DNA of 63,978 bases, filler included, from Lenisia limosa (lineage: Eukaryota > Protista > Breviatea), in assembly GCA_001655205.1 (NCBI GenBank). It is 16 parts of 16 records of this genome, joined end to end, with 100 filler letters (N's around TTAATTAATTAA, not from the genome) between each part and the next. Parts side by side here need not be neighbours in the genome. Positions count along the whole stretch, not along the records: positions 1 to 8,617 come from LPNZ01008576.1; positions 8,718 to 15,038 come from LPNZ01003545.1; 14 more parts are not named here. One strand, given 5' to 3'. The translations under genes and the position numbers were made by a program. Under the pieces are notes generated by a model. The model saw only the letters and a program-made list of their open reading frames with translations. It was not told the DNA's origin and searched no databases. This document shows, piece after piece, positions 1 to 13,200 of this stretch (within the stretch, counting starts at the first letter, position 1; every line of letters starts with the position of its first letter).

Positions 1-78
1 CATTATAGTATGATATGATATGTACAATGAGTGTATATGCATATAGCTATGTATATATGCATAATAAATCCTGATAGG

Positions 79-3000
79 ATATTGAGCTTCTCTTTAGCCA
101 ATCATGTAAGGACTTTCTTGGATCCTCACTTGTTCAGATGACTGGAGTCAATTACGGTGTTATGACGCTTGGGACTGTGTCTAGTTTTAATGTAGGCCGT
201 GTAATTTATGATGGAGGTGGGGGGCTGGCTTTTTTATTGGGATGTCAACATCAATGAGGGCAGGTGCTGGTTTGTTATTGTAGCTTTGAGACGACTCACC
301 CCCTTAGCTTGAATCACTTAACAAGTGTTAAGATTTGAAAAAAGGAGTGAAAAAAAAAGTTTTTATAACCCTCTAGAACTTCAACATCACTGCCGATATA
401 ACAGCGTTCTACATTACTTACGGCTCTTCATTTGCTATGAACAATGGAGAAATGAAGTTTGCCAGCTCTGGACTGTGAGCTGGATTTGAATAGTGTTGAA
501 CTGAGAAAAACTCAATATAGTACTTTCTTTTTCTTTGTTTAAAGTGAATTTATGTCTTTTGAACAAGGTTCATTTTCTGTGCTCACAACAAGTATGATAT
601 ACATATATATATATGTATCATTATATGTAAATATGTTCACAAAATAGCAGGAAATTAGTATAAACACGAGTGGTAGTTGATGTATAGTAGAGTAGATTTG
701 GGGGTTCCACTGGCCATATTCAGTATATTGCATCCAAGCAAAACTGTTAAATTTCTACTGGCTTTGACATCCCCCTCTTTCAGAATGCTTTGTCAACAGA
801 GTTGATTTTGGGCTTCTTTCATAAATCTACAATATTAGCCCACCCCATAGTACATGNNNNNNNNNNNNNNNNNNNNNNNNNNNNNNNNNNNNNNNNNNNN
901 NNNNNNNNNNNNNNNNNNNNNNNNNNNNNNNNNNNNNNNNNNNNNNNNNNNNNNNNNNNNNNNNNNNNNNNNNNNNNNAGACGTTCATTGGGTCATCGGC
1001 GAGCTCCAAGGCAATGGAAATAGCCCAGGTATGACGAATGGCAGAGATCTGGCAACATATCCATATATTTGGTGGATATTTCTGAGGTATCTCATGTGGA
1101 TGAATACCTTTTGTGGACATCTTTTATCCTTTTAATAAGGCTTCCCTATTGTTCTTCGAAAAAGTCATGAAAATAGTAGTACCATTTCTTGGATATTTAT
1201 CAATATTGAGTCTTCACCGTTTGGGCTCTATGCTCTCTTTCCAAAGCTTTGAATTTCATCGCACTCTGATTGAATATTTGAAAGCTTNNNNNNNNNNNNN
1301 NNNNNNNNNNNNNNNNNNNNNNNNNNNNNNNNNNNNNNNNNNNNNNNNNNNNNNNNNNNNNNNNNNNNNNNNNNNNNNNNNNNNNNNNNNNNNNNNNNNN
1401 NNNNNNNNNNNNNNNNNNNNNNNNNNNNNNNNNNNNNNNNNNNNNNNNNNNNNNNNNNNNNNNNNNNNNNNNNNNNNNNNNNNNNNNNNNNNNNNNNNNN
1501 NNNNNNNNNNNNNNNNNNNNAGTTTCAGATTATTCGGTTCATGATTACTTTCTCGCAAATACTCTTCAATGAAATTTCCTTCGTTTTACTCCCCCCCCCC
1601 GCCCTACGTTCGGGTGATCGAGCGGTGGTGGGACTCTTCAAAGGCTAGCNNNNNNNNNNNNNNNNNNNNNNNNNNNNNNNNNNNNNNNNNNNNNNNNNNN
1701 NNNNNNNNNNNNNNNNNNNNNNNNNNNNNNNNNNNNNNNNNNNNNNNNNNNNNNNNNNNNNNNNNNNNNNNNNNNNNNNNNNNNNNNNNNNNNNNNNNNN
1801 NNNNNNNNNNNNNNNNNNNNNNNNNNNNNNNNNNNNNNNNNNNNNNNNNNNNNNNNNNNNNNNNNNNNNNNNNNNNNNNNNNNNNNNNNNNNNNNNNNNN
1901 NNNNNNNNNNNNNNNCTACGTTTCAGTAAAAGGAGCGTATGTGGGGATTATTAGGGCTTCCCTTCGGTCCCAAAACCGACTCGATAAATCCTCGATAGAT
2001 ATCACTATTTTCTTGTCTTTTTGAATCGTAAAGCCAGATTTTTATACACTAACTGACCGCGATAAGTCATGACACGGATACTGAGCTTAATCTTTAGTCA
2101 ATCTAATCAGGCCTTTTTGCAGTCAGTGTATATGATATACGGTTTACTTTGTCATTTTCCCAACTTAGGGGCTTCCGGTTCGAAAAAGACTAAAAAATTA
2201 TCGATATTTATCGAAGATTTATCGAGAAATTCAGTCTTTTTTTGAACCGAAGTGAAGCCCTAAATACATATGGGGGTCCTCAAAGCTCCGGACACCATTC
2301 AAAATTCACCAAACACATGCAACTCCCGGACAGCTTGAAGTTAACACCTTTTACAGGACATTGTTAGTCTTTTGTGTAAAACTACTTCGACAGATACAGA
2401 GATAAATGGACCTCCTAATGTTCCCCAATATTTTTTTTCAATTTTGAGCAAATGTCAAAATTCCGTGAATTTGGTCTCCTGGGGGTCCTTTTTGCCTTTT
2501 CACAGGATTTTTTCTGAATCTTACCCTCTTTTTAAGAAACAAAAATTTGTACCCCTCGGAGTAATTCGTTCCGGGTTCCCCTCTGCTTTGGCTGAAATTG
2601 GCGTATAATATTAGTTCACCAATCATTTGCCACATAACATGTCAATTGTGTTGACAAACAATATACGTCAAGATAGTAGGTGATGAAGCTACCATCTCTT
2701 CTTTTAAAAAATTTCAATAACATCACTTACATCAATAGGTCTGCCGCATCCCTCACAACAACCATTGTGTTTAACAACATGGCTGGCAAGGCAGTTGAGG
2801 TTTGCGAAACTCTCGTACATTATTTTAAGCCTTGGTTTGGTTTGCGATTGGTCTCTTCAAACTACTCAATCCTTCTACCACACTAACAGTTCTATTTATT
2901 AGCCCATTTTTCAATTCCCTAGGTGTTTCAACAATCTTCATTCACTACCCGCTACATCTTCGTTTATGTGAGTGGAAGCAGAGGGGGTGGGAGCAACAGT

Positions 3001-3992
3001 ACAGTACATCAGATATATCATATCTCAAACGACAAAGTATTTGATTGTAGTAATACTTATCTGGATTTCTTGCAAAATTCGCTTCATTTGGGGACTTTTG
3101 GGATGATCTAACTTGACACTATGTTGTTGTTGTTGTCTGTACTACATCCTACACTACGGCGCATCGACTCAGGATTCTTTTGAAAACGTCGATCCTAACT
3201 ATGCTGTTGCCTTTACTACATCCTACCCGTCATATAACATTTCACAAGTCAGGCCTCTGCTGTCCCTTACTGCGTCTCTGCGGGTGTGGGTTCTTCCTTC
3301 ATTGCTACCACAGCGACTGCAACCGGGTGTACGGCCTTGTGGGGGGGGGGGTGGCTTTATGGAAGAAATATCTCACGAAGAAACCAATTCTCATCTCAAT
3401 TTTTGGGTTAGTATACAGTGACAAGGATAATATGTCAAGGCTTATCCAGGTCACTGAATATAATAAATCATGTTACTTTGTTCATCCCTTGTACGTGTAC
3501 TGTTTTTGATCTTGCTGCATTCTTGAGAATTGAGAAATAAAACAAGGTTTTATCCAGTCAAACCCGACCACACCAGGTATTGTATTATTTGAATTCATCC
3601 ACTCATTTACCTTACAACTCTAGTGCTGAAATTGAGTACCATTCCCACGCCCAGTTTGAAAATACTCCCACTGTAGGAGGGTGGAAATGCTCCCACTGTA
3701 GAGGGGCTGGAAATGCTCCCACTGTATGGTTGGGTGTGTCGGAGGAGAATTGCAACTTGGCATTTAGTATCTACAAACTATGATATAAAACGACATTATT
3801 GAGGGGAAGTGAATTTACTTCTTGTTTTTAATTTTTAATCTTCTGTGTGACTAATACAGATTAATAAACACATGTTCCTGATACCAAATCCCCCAATTCT
3901 CTTTTTCCACCTTGTTACTTTGATTAGGTCGACTTGGTTGCCGACATGGCCCATGTGGTCGTGGATTCTACATCCACAAAGCTCCTTATTTA
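79..3992 (+). CDS. Partial multi-exon gene, unidentified; looks like a secreted glycoprotein
   Basis: AG/GT-bounded blocks read DIELLFSQSCKDFLGSSLVQMTGVNYGVMTLGTVSSFN, then NFNITADITAFYITYGSSFAMNNGEMKFASSGL (phase-compatible), VMKLPSLLLKNFNNITYINRSAASL..., ASAVPYCVSAGVGSSFIATTATATGCTAL and VDLVADMAHVVVDSTSTKLLI*. Several NxS/T sites. Some blocks also have plausible minus-strand splice sites, so strand and extent are uncertain. Confidence 0.4.
2385..2594 (+). repeat. Dispersed repeat family F (~210 bp), copy 1
   Basis: Aligns by eye with few differences to 61814-62035 (CTTCGACAGATACA...GGACCTCCTAATGTTCCC...GTACCCCTCGGAGTAATT...GCTTTGGCT). Confidence 0.85.
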
Positions 3993-4257
3993 GAGTATAA
4001 TCTATTATTTTTGTTATGATGCCATATTATGTATTTTGTATGTCACAAAGAATGGTGGGTGGGTGGTGGGGGTGACAACGATGTAAAAAAAAAGGGGGGG
4101 GGGNNNNNNNNNNNNNNNNNNNNNNNNNNNNNNNNNNNNNNNNNNNNNNNNNNNNNNNNNNNNNNNNNNNNNNNNNNNNNNTATACTTGACATTTATTGA
4201 CACTGACCTAATAAATTTTAATTACAACCTAGTTAGATGTGGCAAGATAAGGTATAC

Positions 4258-7200
4258 CGTAGAAGGTGGAGTTACCCTTTAAGACATCCTGAATATTGGA
4301 GGAAAAGTCTGATAAAGACGGGTGCTCAATACTGACGCCTGCGATTTGAAACACGTCAGTATCTCTGGGAGCATAGTCCTTGCCGCTCACCTGTGGGGGG
4401 TATGAGAGGTTTTAATATGGCTAGCAGTGTCCACACTTTTCGCATATCCCTCTTTCTTCAACACACACACATGATGTTATTATAGTCAATCCTCCCCAAT
4501 CAACCCTTGGTTTTACCCCCTCCCACGTTAATCGACTTAATACCGGTCTTTCCAGAGTTAAAGAAGCCTCTACATTTGAGTGAGAAAGAAAAGGTTGATT
4601 ATGATTGTGAAATTGAGTATCGAATCTCTACACCACCCTGCATACGCGAAAAACGAGTGAGTCTCGCCGGTTTGAGGGCGGTAAAGGATCTTGTCAAGAG
4701 AACCCCATGCCTACGATTGTTAATATAAGTGAGAATGGTAACAGGATTCCCACTTTTGTCAAACTCTATTCTGAATACTATGTTTCACAATGATGTAAAT
4801 TTATTTGGTACTACGATGTAAGGAAATCATTTCATTTATCTCAAGTAATGAACCCGCAGCACCATTTGCTCCGTCATTGTCACCTTGTAGTGGATGTCAA
4901 AACCTCCACTGTGTTCAAGCTTGAGAAATAAGTCGCACTGCCGTTTCGAACCTGATATGTTTTCTAACATTAAAACTATAATCTATTTCATATCATACGC
5001 ACATTTCATTATCTTCAAGTGAGCCTGACAGCTAGCTCATTGCATCACATCAACCCCCCTTACCCAAACAGTCATTTTCTCGTTTGACATAGCCGCAAGC
5101 TGACAACGAGCGTTTTGGTGGGTCTTCATTGCTGACATGGTATACACACTGCGGAAGTTGTACTCCTTTCTGACAGTATTAGGAAGAGGTTTCACGTCAG
5201 TAGGAGTAATAATTGTGAAATTATATTGTTTCAGAGTATTTCACCCTGTATACCCAGATGAAAGGTTTTTCCAGTCCGCATTTGAAGTTGCGACGTAAAC
5301 ACTGTTAGTTTCACCTTCATTGGGACAGACCATCACATCGGAGTTGTCACAAGGGCTATCTGGCATAGGAGATAAAACCAAATTTGCAAGGTAAGGAAAG
5401 GATCACAGAAATTTTAAAAAATCAGTGTTCCACAATCATACCCACCCTTCTCAAGAACAGTATGGTGGAAGGCCTGTGAGTATACCAAGGTGCTGCATGT
5501 GCCGTTGATGGAGCGTGAACGAACCTTAAGGGTCAAATGACAGGTAAAATACTCTTGGACGTAAAATAGAGTAATACATGCAAAAATACAAGGAAAAGAA
5601 ATAATGAATAAAAATGAGAAAATGAGCAGCAATGCGTCATTGACAAAGTCAAATGATTCACCTTTCCCAATTCTAAGAACAATTATTTCCAATATCTCCA
5701 GAATCACCCGCCGCCGCACCTCAAAAACCAGGGAATAAGCCAATGTATGGATTTGTATGCCGATATGATCATGGGGTGGTAGAGTAGATCTACTACCATG
5801 ATATGATCGCTCCGCCCACCACAAGGTCGCGTCCAGCCGAACTCATGGTCACAGACTCTTCATCATAGTTGAGTACTCCTCCGGGGGTAGGGAAGTGCCA
5901 TATTTCAACTGTCAATAAGAACAACAGTAAACACCATATTGGGGAAAACAATTTCAGCTATCAGAAACAATGCAATAGCGAGAGTCAACCACCTGTTTAT
6001 GATCAAATCTAAGCCAAAACCGCCATCCCCTTGCCCACAGTCAACTGTGTCGATTTGAAGGAGTTCATAAGTGCGGTCACCACGCTAAAAAGAGTTATAT
6101 AGAAATGAGAAAAACGGTGTAGTATAATATCATATCTTTTTTAGCATTAATGACTTAAACTTGCACTGTTATCCCAAGTGTACCAGTGAATAAGCTACGG
6201 TAGGGATTTGTAAATGATACGATATGCTTATATTGTATGAGCGATCCACTCTTGGTCAATACAAACCCTGTAGACCACTTTTTCCTTGACAAAATACCTT
6301 CATATGGGATACTCTGAATCAATCCTACCCTCCATAAGTGAAGTGTACTCCCTTTCCTTATAGTTGCCCCCCTACAAGAGCAAGAACAGCCACATGGTCC
6401 CTGTCGTAACTGGGAGATGGAGCTAAGCGGAAGTGAGGAAAAATAGTTTCCATCACTTTGAGGATTGTTTCAAAATATGAGAAGTAGGTTTTCACTGAAT
6501 ATCTCGAGACATCCTCGAAAACTATCTTTTTCGAACCGAAGTGAAACCCTAATGAGAAGTAAAATGCTCGGAATCAAACGTCCCCTTGATAAGTATTATA
6601 TCCCAGCTGTATGTACAGAATTGTAAGGCAAATGATTGGGTAAATTAATATTATTCAATAATTCAATATCTCTAGAAGCGTGAAGGTGACGGCTTTGGCC
6701 AGATAAAACCTTGTTTTTTATTTCTCATTGCTAGATATATAATCCAGCCAACTCCAAGCCTTGATATCCATGATTGTCGATGTAGCCAGTCCCATTTGGA
6801 CAGGGAGAGCACTCCAAATTGCCATCATCCTGGGGGGTGNNNNNNNNNNNNNNNNNNNNNNNNNNNNNNNNNNNNNNNNNNNNNNNNNNNNNNNNNNNNN
6901 NNNNNNNNNNNNNNNNNNNNNNNNNNNNNNNNNNNNNACTGAATTCCCGATAAATCCTCGAAACAAGTTCAACAATGACCAAATAAACCTGAAACGAATA
7001 GAACAAACGCAAATATCTCGTATTCCCTCAAAATTCATCCTCCTCGCTTTTCATATGAATAATATATATCATACCCGAAAACATGTTTTCAATTTGGAAA
7101 TGTCAAGTATCAAGAAGAGGGATAAATTAAAAACAGAAAAAAAACAACAAAGTACCACAGTACCACATGGAGAAGAATAGAGTTGGAAGAGAGAGAGAAA

Positions 7201-7734
7201 GGAAGCAGGCTGGGTAAGTGATAGACATGATCCCTTTGAATCCACCGAGCCAGCGGACTCAATTTTATCCGACCGGACCAGATTCCATTCTTCATCATCA
7301 ATGAGGCGGTAACATGCTCTCAAATCCTATTACTGCCGACGATAGATAATGAATGCGATGTGTATGACCCCGCACTCTGAATTATCGAACTGGTAGAGGA
7401 GATTGGGCCGGCTTTGAGGGGGAATGCCATAGCTAGTACCTGAATGTGTCATGAACCCCATGGAAAATACTGGACAGAGTTACATGCTCAAAGAAAGCCC
7501 ACCGTCAGCGGCCTGGGTGAAGAGACTCATTGAGTTTTCATGGTCAGCGATTCTCCAAGTCTTGTAATCACTGTCAAAGGAGAGAAAATCGCCATTTCTA
7601 CCACTAATGGGGTTAGAATGGATAAGGGAATAGTGGGAAACAAACAACTCAGAGAAGGAGTTCAAGTACAGGCTTATTTGCGATGCCAGCACAGTACTGG
7701 ACAGAAATAAAACAAATCCAATCACAAGTTTCAT
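4258..7734 (-). CDS. Multi-exon secreted or surface protein with signal peptide and Cys-rich motifs; 3' end not resolved
   Basis: ATG at 7734 gives MKLVIGFVLFLSSTVLASQ (signal-peptide-like). Exons include ACYRLIDDEEWNLVRSDK, DDGNLECSPCPNGTGYID, RGDRTYELLQIDTVDCGQGDGG, EIWHFPTPGGVLNYDEE, KGVQLPQCVYHVSNEDPP and VSGKDYAPRDTDVFQIAG, mostly with clear AG/GT boundaries. Confidence 0.55.
6485..6551. mobile_element. hAT-type MITE family A, internally deleted copy
   Basis: Ends TAGGTTTTCAC and GTGAAACCCTA are flanked by a perfect 8-bp TSD, ATGAGAAG (6477-6484 and 6552-6559). Confidence 0.85.
6606..6733 (-). repeat. Dispersed repeat family B (~120 bp, no TIR)
   Basis: Consensus TAGCAATGAGAAATAAAAAACAAGGTTGTATCTGGCCGAAGCCGTCCACACCATCACGCTTATAAGAGATATTG...TTAATTCACCCAATCATTTGC. 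Other full or partial copies at about 3531, 12480(-), 13330(-), 18495, 22195, 23995(-), 26812, 53461, 55006, 62786 and 63741. Confidence 0.85.
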
Positions 7735-8617
7735 TTTGAAAGGAGAAAGGGGGGAAAGCGACAAAATGACTGAAAAGAGAAAAACTAGGATATCTGACTT
7801 AGTATAAGTGTGTGGGCTTCTCACTGGCAACAATTATCATCAGATCATACTGACTGGTTGCCTCTCTACTGACCTCTACACTGACGCACTGGCTGACCTC
7901 ATACTACCCCCTACTACCCTCCTTGAACGTCACAAAACGTCTGTCCGTGCAAGGCAACCCAACAGCTTTGTAGTTTTGAGAGAAATTCCCCTCCTCTCCC
8001 TCTTAATTACCATGAACAACTTCATGAACAACAATCTGATTGAATTCTACCACTTTTAGAACAAAAAGTAAGGTGGGCTATGGGAAATTTTGTATATCAA
8101 ATTACCACGGGTAGAACATTCATAGATTTTACTTTCGCATTTCTACAGTGAATAAATATAGATATACATATTATTGATAGATATCATGATGTGTATTTAT
8201 ATATTCATTTCATATCTCTTTTTGGGTCATTTTTATGCTTGTGAGGGTTTACCCACGCAGTGAGGCAATACCTCATTGGCACCCCTATAATAATTGACGA
8301 ACACGTCTCAATGAGGCTCTGATACACCCATGATACACCATGATAAACCCTCATGATATCTTTATTCACCATTTCGACTCGAGAGTCGTTCATATGATCA
8401 TATTACTATTGAATACGGGTTATAATATTTCTAGATTGCAACAAATGAAAAAGGAAGAATATTTTCCATTACACTCTTTTTTACATTTTTCTTAGCCGGT
8501 GTTATTCAGAAAGACACCATGGAGGCGAACCACTATGATAATGCTGGTGACACGCCTAATGAGACTTTGGTTAGGGGGGGGCATAAAACTCTGAAAAAAC
8601 AGGTTGTCAGCCCCAGA

Positions 8618-8717
8618 NNNNNNNNNNNNNNNNNNNNNNNNNNNNNNNNNNNNNNNNNNNNTTAATTAATTAANNNNNNNNNNNNNNNNNNNNNNNNNNN
8701 NNNNNNNNNNNNNNNNN
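8618..8717. other. Artificial scaffold spacer: 44 N + TTAATTAATTAA (six-frame stop) + 44 N; first of 15
   Basis: The same 100-bp structure has its linker at 8662, 15083, 17705, 19918, 21909, 23765, 26036, 32576, 37491, 39865, 44692, 49459, 52082, 54670 and 62653. Confidence 0.97.
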
Positions 8718-9013
8718 GATAAAATTGGCACTAACGAACCGAATAATCTCAAACTCAACAGGGACTGGAACATATGCAAAACAATAATAAAAAACTAAGC
8801 CACAAGCGTGATTAATCTATTAATTAATTCTATTACGGAACAAGGTTCATGTATACAGTAACCGGAATATCCCTGCGAAATCACATTTCAAATCGGCCAA
8901 AACTTATTCCAGTCACTGGATATAAAGTCAAGTATTATTGAATGGCACAGTTTTTTGAATACCAATTCACAACAATGACAGAAGGCACACTATTCATCCC
9001 AGTTCATAACAAT

Positions 9014-9113
9014 TATGGTTTCACTTCGGTTCGAAAAAGACCGGTAAAATATCGACAATTTTCGAAGATTTATCGACAAATTCAGTCTTTTTTCGAACCA
9101 AAGTGAAGCCCTA
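9014..9113. mobile_element. hAT-type MITE family A (100 bp)
   Basis: TIRs TATGGTTTCACTTCGGTTCGAAAAA and TTTTTCGAACCAAAGTGAAGCCCTA, with a perfect 8-bp TSD ATAACAAT (9006-9013, 9114-9121). Over 20 full or partial copies in the window, e.g. 1951, 2166, 11123, 22446, 31406, 36099, 37221, 42734, 44952, 49232, 50249, 51060, 55288, 59770. Confidence 0.9.
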
Positions 9114-10287
9114 ATAACAATAAACAGAAATGTCAGTAACATACCTCCTTGTTTTCGAATCACGTTCAAAAGTTCACGCTGAATTATTGTCTCAAAGTTA
9201 TCGCCACCAACGGTTAGTGTATCCACTAAAATGAATCAGAGCCAATATTATGCGGGATTCGAAAGGAACTCTTATCCTATGGGTGATGAATACTAATAAA
9301 CATGGTGATTGAATGGTGTGTTCAGAGTTGTGCATGATGGTTAATCATTGGATGGAAGCTGCTATGTCAAAGATCTCGGGTCTAAAAATACAGGTAAAAT
9401 AACCTAGTTTCTTGATAAATCATCAATATAGTACGATAGTTTACCGATCTTTTTCGACCAAAGTGGAGCCTTATATATTGTACAAGTGAAAATATGTGTA
9501 ATCAGAAAAGAGGGAGTTTTACAAAAGATTCTTGAGAATCATGAAAGATTTGATGACAGACAAAAATAGCAGTATCTTCCACACGATCATATTTAAATGA
9601 ACCCAATATTATCCACCACAATACGCTAAAGAAGGAGCATCACAACGTTTATACATGATAAAGATAAGTATCCTTGATTGCCAAATACTAAGTTGTGCGT
9701 GTGTCAAAAAGATAATTATTCCAACCTGCAACATTGCCAGCTTGAAGATCGCCCTAAAAACATTATTATTTGCTCTTAATATGAAAATCAGGCTAATTCA
9801 AAGTTCGCATTGCAAAACGTAAGATTCAAGGTGAGGAGTAAAGGGTGATCCCCTCATACAATGGTGGCTTTGCCCACAGTATCCCTAAACAAGTAAGAGG
9901 AAGAGAGATGATGACAAGACAAGAAGCTCAGTATCCGTCACTGAGCCAACATTTTAAAGCAAGACGCAGTCAAAGCGAGCAGCGAGATGAACAACAGATG
10001 GAGGGGGACCATGACTGTCATATCAAAGCCCTCTTTCAGAGAAAACGGTATTTGCTTTTTGTTTATGTAATCTATCTCCAATTATGTTCCCAACGTGCAG
10101 GGGAAATCTGAGGGAAACGAGAAGGTTTGGAGAACTGCGCTTTTCTACCAATGCAAGGGGGGGTATTATACAATGAGCTTTTAGCTCATTTTGCAGAAAT
10201 CAAGCCCTCTTTCTCACTTTGACAGCGTGCTTGGTGTGTTACTTGATCTAGAGTGTCTGAATCTGCGATCTTCCTCAAAGTTTAAAA

Positions 10288-13200
10288 ATGTCTGAGACCC
10301 CCAAAGTGCCTCCACCTACAGATTGCCCTTATTTGGAGTTTCTAAATGGCAAAAGCCTTCATTTCGAGGTCAAAGCCACGTTTGCGGGGTTATCATTCGC
10401 TTCATATGATCAAGTTCTATTCTAATCCGGTCAAGAGGCAAACAAGAGGTCCCCAAGAAGCTATATGGGATGACTTTGAGACGTATTAAGGATAGATAAC
10501 TGTAACTAATTCTTTCAGATGTGGAAGAGCAAGATCGTCTGTTCTGACCCTTCCCCATGCCCAAGTTCAAACTCCTGTTTTCATGCCTGTTGGAACCAAT
10601 GTGGGGGGCGGGGGGGGGGGGGGGGNNNNNNNNNNNNNNNNNNNNNNNNNNNNNNNNNNNNNNNNNNNNNNNNNNNNNNNNNNNNNNNNNNNNNNNNNNN
10701 NNNNNNNNNNNNNNNNNNNNNNNNNNNNNNNNNNNNNNNNNNNNNNNNNNNNNCTAGGTATTATTATTGGAAATATCCTAGGATCGTGAAAATGACTCAA
10801 ATAATGGATAAATCGAACATTTGCTCTTCTTTTTTAGAAACGGCATTGCTTTGTATCGCTGTTTATTGACATTTCTTTCATATTAACATTAAAATATCTT
10901 TTTTTTCTTTCTTTATTATTCACATTGATATTGGCATAATAAATGGTTGTTTTTGTCATGATACATGGTTGTTTATTATTGATATTGTCTTGTGATGCAC
11001 CGTTTCTTAACCTCGGACAGGGAGCGATGAAAGGTCTCACCCCCGACCAAATGGAGAGCTTAGGGTGCAAGTTACTCCTTGGCAACACTTATCATATTGG
11101 AAGCAGGTAAAAGGGAGGTGGGGATCCGAAAAAGGCCGTTAAAATATCGATGGTTTTCGAGGATTTCTCGATCAATCTTTTTTTTCGGACCGAAGTGAAG
11201 CCATCGGTGGAGGATAGCATACTGCAAGCAGCTGGGAGGCTTTGAATCGGTTTATTATATAGAGCTTCTATAATCTGTTTCTCAATTGTTGGACATTTTT
11301 CCTGTACTTGTTCTTTTCAACACTTTGAGATGATTACACCTCTAATCACTATTAAAGTCCAAAATTCCATTGATGCCCTTTGGCCGTCTTTATTCGTTCT
11401 TGGGACCCCTGTTGGACTAAATATCCTTTGGGTCTACTAGGACCTCCCTCAGTACGAAATATATAGGGAAACTTTCGAAATATTTCGAGAATTTATCGAG
11501 AAATTCCGACATTCTCGGAGTGACGCCATTTAGTATGGGTTTGAAGCACATACATGTAATACATATCATGTATGATATGTCTGTTGTGAAATAATGTTGA
11601 AATGAGGCAATCCTCATGTTATCTTGATACACTTTAGTTTCAATGTGGTTTTATGAAACTTGAAATCGATAAAATGCACTTGTGTGATGTTAGCAATCTT
11701 TCACTCAAAAAAAATAACCTGCCACCAAACACTCTCAACAGATGCTCATTTCATTAAATATTGTGACAGGTTTGGAGCCGAATACTTCGAATATGGACAG
11801 AATGACCTTCACCATTTTGAGAATTGGAAAAACAACATTTTAACTGGTATGCTACATTCTTTTCTGTGATGTTATTTTTTTTATATATTGAAGGGACATC
11901 ATTTATAAGCGTGTTTTTGAGTTGCTCCTTCATACATCACATCATATTATTTTACTCTATTTTTCAGATCAAATAAAAATATCATACGTATCACTGATTT
12001 GATAAGTCCACACAGATACACCCTTATGATTTCCCTAAGAAAATCGGTCAAGACTACCATGGTTACATGTAATATAGTAATATGTGAAATACAGTTTGTC
12101 TTTCACATATCACCATAATTCCGCGCCCAGAACAATTTACTTTTGGCCATATCCACTTGTCAGTGGATCCCAGCGATCTTTCAGTCAAACAAATAAAGTA
12201 ATATATGATCATCCCAAGCTGAATGAGCCAACTAAAGTTCTGACTAACATAGATTCGGGAGGATTCCAAATGGTCTCCCTTTTGAAGCTATGTCGTACCA
12301 CTGAGGAAGGAGGTTGGTTTGGCATTTTTTTTGTGTTTTTTTTTTGAACAGGAGAAATAATAGACATTAGAAATTTAGGGAAACAAATAAATACATAGGG
12401 ATACCAAAAGACAAATTACCATAATTTCATGACCACCCTCCTTTGGATTCTATAATTGCGGAGAGGCACGCAGAAAGCTGTGTGCACCGAGTTGTGTAGC
12501 AAATGATTGGGTGAATTAAGATAATCCTTTATCTCTTAAATAAACATTATAGTGTTGGGTTCTTTGGCCAAATACAACCTTTTTTATTTCTCTTCTCAAC
12601 ATATACCCTTGATTATGTTGAAATTGCCTCTTGACTAGCCTTCATGGTCATGTTGAAATTGCCTGATATTGAATAGCCTTAATGATTGTTGATTTTGTGT
12701 GAATAGTTTCTCATGATATTCTTATCACAATTGTGTTTCCTGTGTCACAGTGTACTCTACTCTGTACTCTGTACTCCACAGCCCAAACTAGGGTTAGTTC
12801 CTAGTCTAATTTTTTTCAGTTGAGTCCCCCAATCCCTTCTTTAATTTCTTAGTTGTATTCCAGCATCCCCACAACGGGTCTGAGCTGCTGCTTACTCCTG
12901 AACATTCTATCGAGCTTCAAAACTCTATTGGAGCTGATATTATGATGTGAGAAGGGAAAGGGTATCAAGTTTTTTTGCAGTAAAATCTCCATTGAAACAA
13001 GGGTCATTAAGATACGGAGGTTAAACTATACACTGATGACACTATCAATCATTGAATTCAGGTATTTTCAAAATTTCTACTTTTTGTAATTGGACCTGGG
13101 TTTATCATAAACCTTTTGGTGGGAATGGCACTCTCTATGCTAGCGACTGGCCTGGGCTTTGTTTGTTGTTCAACCCTCGTGTGTTGCTTGCCAACAGAGT

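Noticed and set aside
8718-10020. Possible minus-strand gene (DTLTVGGDNFETIIQRELLNVIRKQG and MVPLHLLFISLLALTASCF blocks), plus small blocks at about 8500-8570 and 33050-33150
   Set aside because: Isolated exon-like blocks could not be joined in consistent phase or recognised, so they were not reported as features.
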